Source: Candidatus Bathyarchaeota archaeon
GTDB taxonomy: Archaea > Thermoproteota > Bathyarchaeia > Bathyarchaeales > Bathycorpusculaceae
Length of the DNA: 10,790 bases
Assembly (NCBI GenBank): GCA_963775895.1
Contig: CAVZKL010000001.1
Span: 1-10,790 of the forward strand
Reading direction: 5' to 3'
Position numbers and translations under genes: made by a program. Under the pieces are notes generated by a model. That model was not told the origin of the DNA. It saw only the letters and a list, made by a program, of their open reading frames with translations, and made no database searches. Within the stretch, counting starts at the first letter, position 1; the number at the start of each line of letters is the position of its first letter. Of the stretch, positions 1-7,142 are shown in pieces.

Positions 1-140
1 CACGGGGTTTGTGCTGGGTTGCTGGCGTCAGGTGAAGTGGGTTCAAGAAATATGGAAGAACGTGTCTGATTCGTCTAGCACCTTCTGGTGCTTTTGGCCC
101 TCCTCCTGACGTGGGTGCAAATATATGGGAGAGTGTGCGC

Positions 141-551
141 TCACATGAGCGCTCTGGGTTCTTCGATCTTTCTCAGCAATGGACGTAGCGGTGAATGGGT
201 GATGCCGTCTTCGCCTGTGTTCTTGAACATGCTCGGTGAGCCTATTTTTCTGCATATGAAGTTGAGCGAGTCCTCGGTGAAGTTCAGCATGTTTTGTCCT
301 TCGTTTGTTAGTTTGTACACTTTTCTGGGTCTTTCGCTTGTCATTTCCCAGTCGCTTTTTACAAACCCTTTCTTTTCCAGTGTTCCGAGTAGCGGGTAGA
401 TTGTGCTTGGGCCGAAGTAGACGCCGAAGCTTCTGCGTATTTTCGTTATGATCTGGTAACCGTGCATTGGTTGTCCGTTCAGGAACTGTAGTATTATTAG
501 GTCGAGGAGGCCTTTCATGAGTTTTGTTTGGACTTCTTTCGTGTTATTCAT
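141..551 (-). CDS. PadR-family transcriptional regulator (136 aa, C-terminal extension)
   Basis: KGLLDLIILQFLNGQPMHGYQII...FGPSTIYPLLGTLEKKGFV...RPRKVYKLTNEG is a typical PadR wHTH. Start placed at ATG 551 (MNNTKEV) because the longer 611 start runs through promoter-like inverted repeats. Confidence 0.92.
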   Translation of the reverse strand: MNNTKEVQTKLMKGLLDLIILQFLNGQPMHGYQIITKIRRSFGVYFGPSTIYPLLGTLEKKGFVKSDWEMTSERPRKVYKLTNEGQNMLNFTEDSLNFICRKIGSPSMFKNTGEDGITHSPLRPLLRKIEEPRALM

Positions 552-578
552 TCGAACACTTTCGGTTTTTGTGGTTTT

Positions 579-601
579 GTTCAACAGTCTGCCTGTTGAA
601 C
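579..601. promoter_or_regulatory. Perfect 9-bp inverted repeat GTTCAACAG-N5-CTGTTGAAC, candidate operator or 5' UTR hairpin
   Basis: Seen directly; lies 28-50 nt upstream of the PadR start at 551; the same half-site recurs at 2262-2297. Confidence 0.5.
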
Positions 602-610
602 GGATATACA

Positions 611-632
611 ATATGTCTTTCCCCAGACATAT
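611..632. promoter_or_regulatory. Candidate PadR operator 1: ATATGTCT-N6-AGACATAT (core ATGT-N10-ACAT, 613-630)
   Basis: Perfect 8-bp inverted repeat just downstream of a minus-strand TATA-like CTATAAAG (646-639); ATGT/ACAT half-sites are known from bacterial PadR-family operators. Confidence 0.6.
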
Positions 633-672
633 CTTGAGTCTTTATAGACACTAAACCATAATATAAACGTTC

Positions 673-690
673 ATGCTTACTCGTGAGCAT
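673..690. promoter_or_regulatory. Candidate PadR operator 2: ATGC-N10-GCAT
   Basis: ATGCTTACTCGTGAGCAT, same 18-bp geometry as 613-630 and 761-778. Confidence 0.5.
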
Positions 691-760
691 AACAAAACAT
701 AATCAAACATACGTTGAAACGGGGTCATCGATCATAAGTCTAATAAGCCAAAACATCGAC

Positions 761-778
761 ATGTACCAAACGAGACAT
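761..778. promoter_or_regulatory. Candidate PadR operator 3: ATGT-N10-ACAT
   Basis: ATGTACCAAACGAGACAT, between a TATA-like CTAATAAG (740-747) and the TTG start at 798. Confidence 0.55.
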
Positions 779-797
779 AAGCAGATCCCGTGAAAAC

Positions 798-1136
798 TTG
801 TCTGACCACTACGAAAAACAACTTGTACAACGCATAACCAGAAATCTGCTCGATGTCCAAGTTTTGAGGCTCGTAAGCACCCAGCCGATGTGGGGATACA
901 TGATAAAAAAGGAGGCAGAAGCAAAATTCAACGTCACACTCCGACACGGCGCATTATACCCCCTCCTCAACACCATGGAGAAAGAAAGCTTCCTCACGAG
1001 CGAGAAGCAATCCAAGGGCGGAAGAACAAGGAAGGTGTACAAACTGACCCCCAAGGGCGAACAGTACCTGGAAGCCTACGAGCACGTGTTGAGGGAACAA
1101 CTGGACCGAAAAGACGTCGAGTTGAAACCCAAATAG
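798..1136 (+). CDS. PadR-family transcriptional regulator (112 aa, TTG start)
   Basis: RNLLDVQVLRLVSTQPMWGYMI...HGALYPLLNTMEKESFL...GRTRKVYKLTPKG PadR wHTH motifs. Confidence 0.92.
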   Translation: MSDHYEKQLVQRITRNLLDVQVLRLVSTQPMWGYMIKKEAEAKFNVTLRHGALYPLLNTMEKESFLTSEKQSKGGRTRKVYKLTPKGEQYLEAYEHVLREQLDRKDVELKPK

Positions 1137-1152
1137 GATTGTGCCGCTAGTT

Positions 1153-1160
1153 CTTAAATA
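1153..1160 (+). promoter_or_regulatory. TATA-like box CTTAAATA; probable leaderless promoter of the prenyltransferase gene
   Basis: Ends about 25 nt upstream of ATG 1185, the expected archaeal spacing; no SD before the ATG. Confidence 0.5.
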
Positions 1161-1184
1161 CGACCTGCACACAACGTAAACAGC

Positions 1185-2181
1185 ATGGAGAAGCAAAGAC
1201 GAAAAACGTCTCAGATCATAATAGAAGAATTGCAGCAACGCAGCAAAGAATGCCAAGGGTTTGTGAGATCAACCTTCAGATCCGAAAGAATCGAAGACCC
1301 AGAACTTCGAAAAGCGTTGGAGCATTATTTCTCATACTGGAACGATTTCACACATCCAGGCTTGTTCTCATTCTCATTCGAGGCTGCCGGAGGAAGACTC
1401 GACAAGGCTTTGAAGCCTCAAGCAGCAATAGCTATGATAGCCGCAGGCTTTGACATACACGATGACATTATTGACGGATCGCAAGAGAAGCAAAACCATC
1501 AAACGGTCTTCGGAAAGTATGGGCAGAATCTGTCTCTGCTGCTCGGAAACGCGTTCATGATAAATGGCCTAACGCTCCTGGGACTCTCGATTTCAGATTT
1601 GCCAGCCGAAAGGTTCAGGAAGGTAATCGAAACAGCCAAGAAGTGCTTGTTTGAGGTGGGAAACGCTCACGCACTTGAACTCCCCCTCAAAGGAGTCACC
1701 GCTAGTTTCCCAGCAAAAATACTTTGAAATCATTGAGATGAAAGCAGCAAGCGTTGAAGCAGATATGCACATCGCAGGTCTGATCGCGTCCGACAGATCG
1801 GACGTCAGCGAGGCCTTGCGAGAATACGGCAGAATCTTAGGCACGTTGGCAACTCTGAGAGAAGAGTTTGTGGACGTCTTCGAGGTTGCAGAATTAAATC
1901 GACGCTTGCGCAAAGAGGCATTACCCATCCCGATTGCGTTTGCCCTGAAAGATGCTGACCTGAAGGAAAGAATCCTTAAAAAGTTAAAGAAAAGGGAGCT
2001 AACAAAGACTGACGTTGACGCTCTAGTCGACCTGGTTTTCCATTCCGAGTCAATCAGTGCGTTAAAGAGCAAGATGGAAAAGCTTTGCATTAGGGCGGAA
2101 GTGTTAGCTGATAGACTCGAAACCCAGAAATACAAGACGGTATTTAGAGAACTAGCTAGATCGACTCTCGAAGACCTGTAA
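1185..2181 (+). CDS. Polyprenyl synthetase-family (class I isoprenoid synthase fold) protein, non-canonical, ComQ-like; one +1 frameshift at about 1680-1712
   Basis: ORF 1185-1727 has DIHDDIID (first Asp-rich motif, DDIID at 1461-1475) and LLLGNAF; ORF 1651-2181 continues with YFEIIEMKAA, ALREYGRILG, LREEFVD. Joined length is about 330 aa. Confidence 0.85.
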
Positions 2182-2188
2182 ACCTAAT

Positions 2189-2239
2189 CTACAGAGGAAA
2201 AGTTCTCACTGGAACGTTCCGTTTCTTAACCTTCGCCAT
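2189..2239 (-). CDS. Putative 16-aa precursor/signal peptide MAKVKKRNVPVRTFPL
   Basis: Minus strand reads GTAGAGGGATTAAG-ATG GCG AAG GTT AAG AAA CGG AAC GTT CCA GTG AGA ACT TTT CCT CTG TAG. SD-like GAGGG (2250-2246) and purine-rich BRE plus TATA-like AAAAGACTTAAGTA (2289-2276). The stop lies 7 nt from the prenyltransferase stop (convergent). Too short to verify without homologues. Confidence 0.55.
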   Translation of the reverse strand: MAKVKKRNVPVRTFPL

Positions 2240-2261
2240 CTTAATCCCTCTACTGTATATG

Positions 2262-2297
2262 TGTTCAACAGCCATTACTTAAGTCTTTTGTTGAACA
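2262..2297. promoter_or_regulatory. Inverted repeat TGTTCAACA-N18-TGTTGAACA bracketing the TATA-like palindrome ACTTAAGT; divergent peptide/MFS promoter region
   Basis: Seen directly; half-sites match those at 578-602; also contains AAGT-N10-ACAT (2281-2298), a one-mismatch version of the PadR-type box. Confidence 0.5.
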
Positions 2298-2344
2298 TGA
2301 ATACAGTTGCTGACTCAACAAATGTTTTATCATGGAATGAATGA

Positions 2345-3618
2345 ATGATGCTTGAACGGTCGCCACGATCAATGTCGCCGATGAACATCCTGAAGAACCG
2401 TATTCCATTAAGACAATTCGCTCCCGCCGCGGTACTGATACTTGACAGCCTCGTGTGGTTCACTTTGCTCAATCAGATGCTGAGCAATCTAGTAGACAGC
2501 ATGGTGTTAACATCGACTGAAAACATGTTCTTGCATGGGGTCTACTACGCCGGGATTGCAGTTGCAGCCGTACCAGGAGCCCTAGTCTCAATACGCAAAA
2601 GAGAAAACTACCTTTTCGCGTGGATGCTTTTCGGTTCATTAATGACAGCGTTACCAGCCATAATTATCTCCGAACAAATCTACGTAAACGCTCTTATCCT
2701 GGGCCTTGCTGGCGCCTCAGTCGGCCTCGGCTTGCCTTCATGCTTAGCCTATTTTGCAGATTCAACGGCTGTTGAAAACAGAGGCACCTACGGCGGCATA
2801 GCGTGGAGCGCGGTTGGTTTCAGCGTCCTTGGATTCGCATTGGGTATGAGCAGCCTAGGTCTGAGTACTCTCCAAACGCTTTTGGCCCTGGCTGTTTGGA
2901 GAGCAGCGGGACTTCCGATTTTCTTCATACTCTCAAAACTCAGAGGAATTACGGAGCAATCGCCTTCCAGACCGGGTTACGGTGCCATTTTGAGAAGAAG
3001 AGACGTGGCTCTGTACCTTCTACCTTGGATCATGTTTTCCATAATCAATTTCGCAGAAGTCCCCATAGTAATGAAAGGGCTCAAAATATCGTTTGCAGAA
3101 CGCCGTGGCTCATAGACTACATCGGCTTCATTGAATTTGCGATTTCAGGGATATTTGCCGCAGTCGGCGGCTTGATCGCGGATCAGGTTGGAAGAAAGCG
3201 AGTAGTGATCACGGGCTTCGTGATTTTTGGCATCGAATATGCCGTCTTGAGCCTTTTTTCAGAAATCCCAGCGTCTTGGTACGTGTACACGGTCTTCGAT
3301 GGAATCGCCTGGGGAATGTTCGCTTCGGTCTTCTTCATGACTGTTTGGGGAGACCTAGCCCAGGCCAGTCAGAAAGAAAAGTTCTACGTCTTGGGAGGAC
3401 TCCCGTATTTGCTTGCAAGCTTCATTCCTGTTTTGGTGAAGCCGTTCACACAAGGAATAGAGACGACGACGGCTTTCTCTCTTGCAAGCTTTTTCCTCTT
3501 CATTGCCGTTCTTCCGCTGGTGTACGCACCTGAAACTCTGCCCGAGAAGAAAATACTGGAAAGGGAACTGAGAGATTACGTTGAAAGAGCGAAGAAAGCT
3601 AAGGAGAAATACGCTTAA
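2345..3618 (+). CDS. MFS transporter; one -1 frameshift near 3099-3100; start uncertain (2345, 2372 or 2381)
   Basis: Many hydrophobic helices in both halves; AYFADSTAVENRG, motif A-like GGLIADQVGRKR and C-terminal PETL. Adding one A at GCAGAA(A)CGCCG gives a continuous FAETPWLIDYIGF. Confidence 0.88.
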
Positions 3619-3651
3619 GAGAGGGCATTCTGCTTTCTAAACGGAAACGGC

Positions 3652-4773
3652 ATGTTCTTCCACGTGATACTGACCACTGAATGCAACTCCCAGTGCAGCT
3701 ACTGTTACGGTGAGTCACTGCTCGACATGGATGATGACCTCCCCGATCTTGAAGTTGATTACTCACTGCCAAGAAAGATTAGCTACCCCATATCAGAACT
3801 GAAAAAATTCTGCTCCAAGGACCCCTACTGCGTACTAACGTTCTATGGCGGAGAACCACTTCTTTGCTTAGACGAAATCAGACAGGTCATGGACGAAGTG
3901 CACCCGCCGCTCTTCATGATCCAAACGAACGGTCTGAGGTTGAACTCTCTCGAATCAAGTTACGTGAATCGCTTCCACACGATTCTCGTTTCAATCGACG
4001 GCGACGAAGCGCTAACCGATCTCTACAGAGGAAAGGGAACCTACAGGAAAGTTGTTGACAACCTGAAGCTGATAAGAAGAAATGGCTTCAAAGGCGAACT
4101 GATTGCCCGAATGACGGTCATGGAAAACACTGACATCTACAAGCAAGTCCGTTGGCTTCTGGAAAACGAAGAGTTACCCTTTTCCTCCATTCACTGGCAA
4201 CTCAACGCAGGGTTCTGGAAAACCGATTTTGCGCGGAGAGACTTCAGGGCATGGAGCGAAGATAGCTACAACCCGGGCATCCAAAAACTAGCCGACTTCT
4301 GGGTGAACCAAATGAAAAAAAGACGCGTCGTTCTACGGCTCTATCCCTTACTCGGCATCGCAGAATCAATGCTATCTGGGGAGAGAAGTCTTCTGCGTTG
4401 TGGCGGCGGATGGATAAACTACGCAGTTCAGACGGATGGAAACATAATCCCGTGTCCAACCATGTGGGGCATGAAGAAACAATACTTGGGTCACATAAGC
4501 GAAGCTGATCCGTTGAAGCTCAACAAGGTTTTTGTCTCTGAACCGTGTACGCTCTGCAATTCGCTGGATCTGTGCGGCGGGCGATGCTTTTACGCAAACG
4601 TGATGAAACGTTGGGACCCGCAGGCATACGACATAGTGTGCAGCACAGTGCGCAACTTGATCGAAGCAGTTTCTCGACAAGTGCCAGAGATTCAGAAACT
4701 CATTCAAGCCACCAAAGTAAAGTTTAGGGATTTTGAGTTCGTCAGGTACAATGGGTGCGAAATAATCCCTTAG
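3652..4773 (+). CDS. Radical SAM/SPASM-domain protein, AF0577 (TIGR04084)-like putative peptide-modifying enzyme
   Basis: CNSQCSYC (CxxxCxxC), FYGGEPLL, IQTNG, VSIDG; SPASM-type cysteines RCGGG, PCP, CTLCNSLDLCGGRC, VC; C-terminus YNGCEIIP. Confidence 0.9.
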   Translation: MFFHVILTTECNSQCSYCYGESLLDMDDDLPDLEVDYSLPRKISYPISELKKFCSKDPYCVLTFYGGEPLLCLDEIRQVMDEVHPPLFMIQTNGLRLNSLESSYVNRFHTILVSIDGDEALTDLYRGKGTYRKVVDNLKLIRRNGFKGELIARMTVMENTDIYKQVRWLLENEELPFSSIHWQLNAGFWKTDFARRDFRAWSEDSYNPGIQKLADFWVNQMKKRRVVLRLYPLLGIAESMLSGERSLLRCGGGWINYAVQTDGNIIPCPTMWGMKKQYLGHISEADPLKLNKVFVSEPCTLCNSLDLCGGRCFYANVMKRWDPQAYDIVCSTVRNLIEAVSRQVPEIQKLIQATKVKFRDFEFVRYNGCEIIP

Positions 4774-4832
4774 ATCTTTTCCAAAAATCATTATTAGGAA
4801 AGCGCCTTCAATAGATTGACAAGGTGAAGTAG

Positions 4833-5160
4833 TTGTCGGTCACGCTTCGTGACGCTCAGCATCTGTGCTGGAAGAACTTTAGAATGATAAATGACAAACT
4901 CGATCCTGAACCGTGGCAAATTGTGGACACCTCTTGTTATGATTTCGGATCTTCTTGAAGAGACCAACAGATTGGGATCAACTGTAAAAAACTTGGAAGG
5001 CTACAAGACCTCAGAGAAACCCGAAATGAAGAAAGCGATCGCTACAGAGCTTTCCGACCTTCTTTACATGATTTTCGTTTTAGCGGAGCAATACAGAATC
5101 GAGCTGGAAGAGTCTTTTCTTGAAACAGTCAACGACTATATGCTGAAATTCGTTAAGTGA
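4833..5160 (+). CDS. MazG-like (all-alpha NTP pyrophosphohydrolase fold) protein; +1 frameshift at about 4911
   Basis: SD AAGGTGA (4821-4827) then TTG 4833: MSVTLRDAQHLCWKNFRMINDKLDPE. Removing one C at 4911-4912 joins RGKLWTPLVMISDLLEE...ATELSDLLYMIFVLAEQYRIELEE, a MazG-like helical pattern. Confidence 0.72.
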
Positions 5161-5202
5161 AAACCAGCTTTTGCGGAAGGCACTCGCTTGGAACGATGAG
5201 TG

Positions 5203-5212
5203 AAAAAAGGGG
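5203..5212 (-). terminator. Oligo-T terminator candidate (CCCCTTTTTT on minus strand)
   Basis: T6 run about 10 nt downstream of the stop at 5219, between convergent genes. Confidence 0.4.
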
Positions 5213-5218
5213 AAGTGT

Positions 5219-5479
5219 TTATAGTTTCTTGTACACAACGTCTGTTTCTCTTACGCGCTCGGCCACTTTCAAGCCAATGCTCTGTCCTGCTTCGGCGTTC
5301 TGAACGTTTTTGTGCTCAATTTGCATCGAATCAACCTTTTGCTCAAAATCTGTCGTCGGACCCTTGACCACTATCGTATCACCGACCTTCAAAGGTTTTT
5401 TGAGCTCGATGACAGCGACGCAGATCTTTGAAAAGAAGTGAGTTATTTTTCCAATCTCAACGACGTTCTCTTCACTCAA
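5219..5479 (-). CDS. Small beta-barrel protein (translation elongation factor-like / peptidase U32 C-terminal-like), 86 aa
   Basis: EIGKITHFFSKICVAVIEL..PLKVGDTI...TTDFEQKVDSMQIEH..VQNAEAGQSIGLKV.ERVRETD.VYK. TTG at 5479 is preceded by SD-like GGGGA. Confidence 0.85.
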   Translation of the reverse strand: MSEENVVEIGKITHFFSKICVAVIELKKPLKVGDTIVVKGPTTDFEQKVDSMQIEHKNVQNAEAGQSIGLKVAERVRETDVVYKKL

Positions 5480-5525
5480 GCGAATAGTCCCCAAGAAAGA
5501 ATATTGCATCGTCCACATAAATAAC

Positions 5526-6812
5526 TTATTCAGCGATCTCGCCGGCGAGATAGGTTGGAAACGTTTTTGCAACTCTCACGTTGATAGTCTTGCCAAGAAG
5601 ATCTGCAGGTCCTCTAACTGCAATTGGCTTGTAAGCAAAGTTGCGTCCGACCAGAGAACCAGGAACCTTGCCGATTTCATCTACGAGAATCAGGCCCTTC
5701 CACCCGATCCACAGCTTGTTCCTTTCGAACGCAATCTTCTTGGCAAGCGTTGCAGCAGCAGCGCTTCGCATCTTAATCTCAGAGAGAGGAACAACGTCTT
5801 TCATTTCGGCAGCGAACGTTTTGGGTCGTGCAAAGAACTTCGATACATTCACTATGTCAGGCTTGACTTCCTCAATCAGGTTCAAAGTATCTCTGAACGC
5901 TTGCTCGTCCTCGCCTGGGAAACCGCAAATGACGTCAGTGGAAAGAGAGAGAGTTGGGAAAGCATCCCTAAACCTTTGAACGATGGTTCGGAAATCATCC
6001 GACGAATAGAACCTGCGCATCTGTTTTAGGACGTCGTCGTTGCCGCTTTGAACGGGCAGATGCAAGAACTTGAAGATCTTCTCGTCCTCGAAGGCTCGAA
6101 TGAGCTCCTCAAGTGTGTCAATGATCCAGTTTGGAGTCATCATCCCGACCCTGACTTTGAAGTCTCCCTTGACGCTGCAGACCGCTTCAAGAAGCTCAGC
6201 AAGGTTCGATTCGATGTCTCTTCCGTAACATCCGGTATCCTGCGCGGTCAACCAAAACTCGCGAAGACCTGCCTTCACATCTTCGCGCACCCTCTCAACG
6301 ATTTCCTCTACAGAATAACTACGCAAGCGTCCTCTTGCGAATGTCACGCAACAGTACGAGCACGATCCCAGGCAACCGTAGCACACCGGAATCACGCTCA
6401 CGACAGGTTTTGTCTGTGCCCTTGGCAAATCAAGTGGGGGGCTCCGCTCCAGAGCGCCTTCGAGCGCAAGGACGGTGTCCCCATTTGAAACGCTTTTTAC
6501 GATTTCCACTATCTGTTCTGCAGCGGCTGGACCAATTGCCGCGTCAAAGTGCACAGTCTTCTGCAATCGTTCAAAATTTATCAGGGGCAAACATCCCGCG
6601 ACGATCAGCTTCTTTTCTCTTTGGACTCGTCTGCACGCGTCGATCATCCGATTCTCAGTCGGTCCCTTTACCGCACACGTGTTGTAAATAACAAGGTCGG
6701 CATGCTCGAGCGAACCTACTAGCTCATACCCCGCCTTGGATAGACAGCCCGCCAAAGAATAGCCGTCCGCTTGGTTTGCAGAGCAACCGAAGCTTTTCAA
6801 GAATATTCGCAT
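5526..6812 (-). CDS. mtaB: Archaeal-type MiaB-like tRNA methylthiotransferase (t6A37 C2-methylthiotransferase, MtaB/e-MtaB type), 428 aa
   Basis: UPF0004 N-terminus (FGCSANQAD, YNTCAVK, VAGCL), radical SAM CLGSCSYC, LHLPVQSG, TDVICGFPGE, C-terminal TRAM-like domain. Start ATG 6812 follows SD-like GGGGA. Confidence 0.9.
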   Translation of the reverse strand: MRIFLKSFGCSANQADGYSLAGCLSKAGYELVGSLEHADLVIYNTCAVKGPTENRMIDACRRVQREKKLIVAGCLPLINFERLQKTVHFDAAIGPAAAEQIVEIVKSVSNGDTVLALEGALERSPPLDLPRAQTKPVVSVIPVCYGCLGSCSYCCVTFARGRLRSYSVEEIVERVREDVKAGLREFWLTAQDTGCYGRDIESNLAELLEAVCSVKGDFKVRVGMMTPNWIIDTLEELIRAFEDEKIFKFLHLPVQSGNDDVLKQMRRFYSSDDFRTIVQRFRDAFPTLSLSTDVICGFPGEDEQAFRDTLNLIEEVKPDIVNVSKFFARPKTFAAEMKDVVPLSEIKMRSAAAATLAKKIAFERNKLWIGWKGLILVDEIGKVPGSLVGRNFAYKPIAVRGPADLLGKTINVRVAKTFPTYLAGEIAE

Positions 6813-6925
6813 GAATCCCCATCGCTGTATTCTAAATACTTCAATAAGAAATAAAAACGTGAAGGTTGGCACGGGCTGGAATTTACAGAAATCTGAAACG
6901 GTCTGGTGGGAAGCTTTAAAAAGCC

Positions 6926-6947
6926 TGCTTCCAACATGTTTGAAGCA
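6926..6947. promoter_or_regulatory. 22-bp near-perfect palindrome TGCTTCcAACATGTTtGAAGCA next to TATA-like GCTTTAAAAAGC (6913-6924)
   Basis: Seen directly in the divergent mtaB/ftsZ intergenic region; one mismatched pair. Confidence 0.45.
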
Positions 6948-7142
6948 TATTTGTAGTATGTTATGTAGAAGTATAAGGTCAAACACGAATCTAAGGGGCA
7001 CGAAGAGGGAGATGTTAAGTGAAGTTAATCACAATCTACGTGCCCGAAACTTACTTAAAAGCTTTAGACCAACTCGTGGGCGAACGGTTCTACCCGAATA
7101 GAGCCGAAGCCATCAGAGTTGCGATCCGTGATTTGGTAAACG

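Noticed and set aside
1-140. tRNA gene at the left edge (GGTTCAAG resembles a T-loop)
   Set aside because: No cloverleaf can be built around it within the window; no matching T-stem or acceptor stem.
43-399. ORFs 43-255 (-) and 88-399 (+)
   Set aside because: Alternative-frame and antisense shadows of the PadR gene with no recognisable motifs.
703-1256. ORFs 703-924, 732-947, 809-1054, 890-1150, 954-1256
   Set aside because: They overlap the well-supported PadR gene at 798-1136 and show no family motifs.
1680-1727. Programmed ribosomal frameshift in the prenyltransferase
   Set aside because: It is a +1 shift with no obvious stimulatory structure, and similar indels occur in four unrelated genes; sequencing error is simpler.
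2275-2472. 65-aa minus-strand ORF as an alternative precursor peptide
   Set aside because: Antisense to the MFS 5' end, runs through the promoter repeats and has no evident SD or promoter.
5641-6691. Several plus-strand ORFs (5641-5979, 6048-6488, 6335-6691, 6475-6687)
   Set aside because: Antisense shadows of the methylthiotransferase.
6813-7001. 63-aa N-terminal extension of the methylthiotransferase
   Set aside because: Family similarity starts at MRIFLKSFGC, which has its own SD; the extension crosses AT-rich promoter DNA.
7012-7101. 29-aa ORF MLSEVNHNLRARNLLKSFRPTRGRTVLPE upstream of ftsZ
   Set aside because: The purine run abuts the ATG (poor SD spacing) and the ORF spans the likely ftsZ TATA box; no other support.
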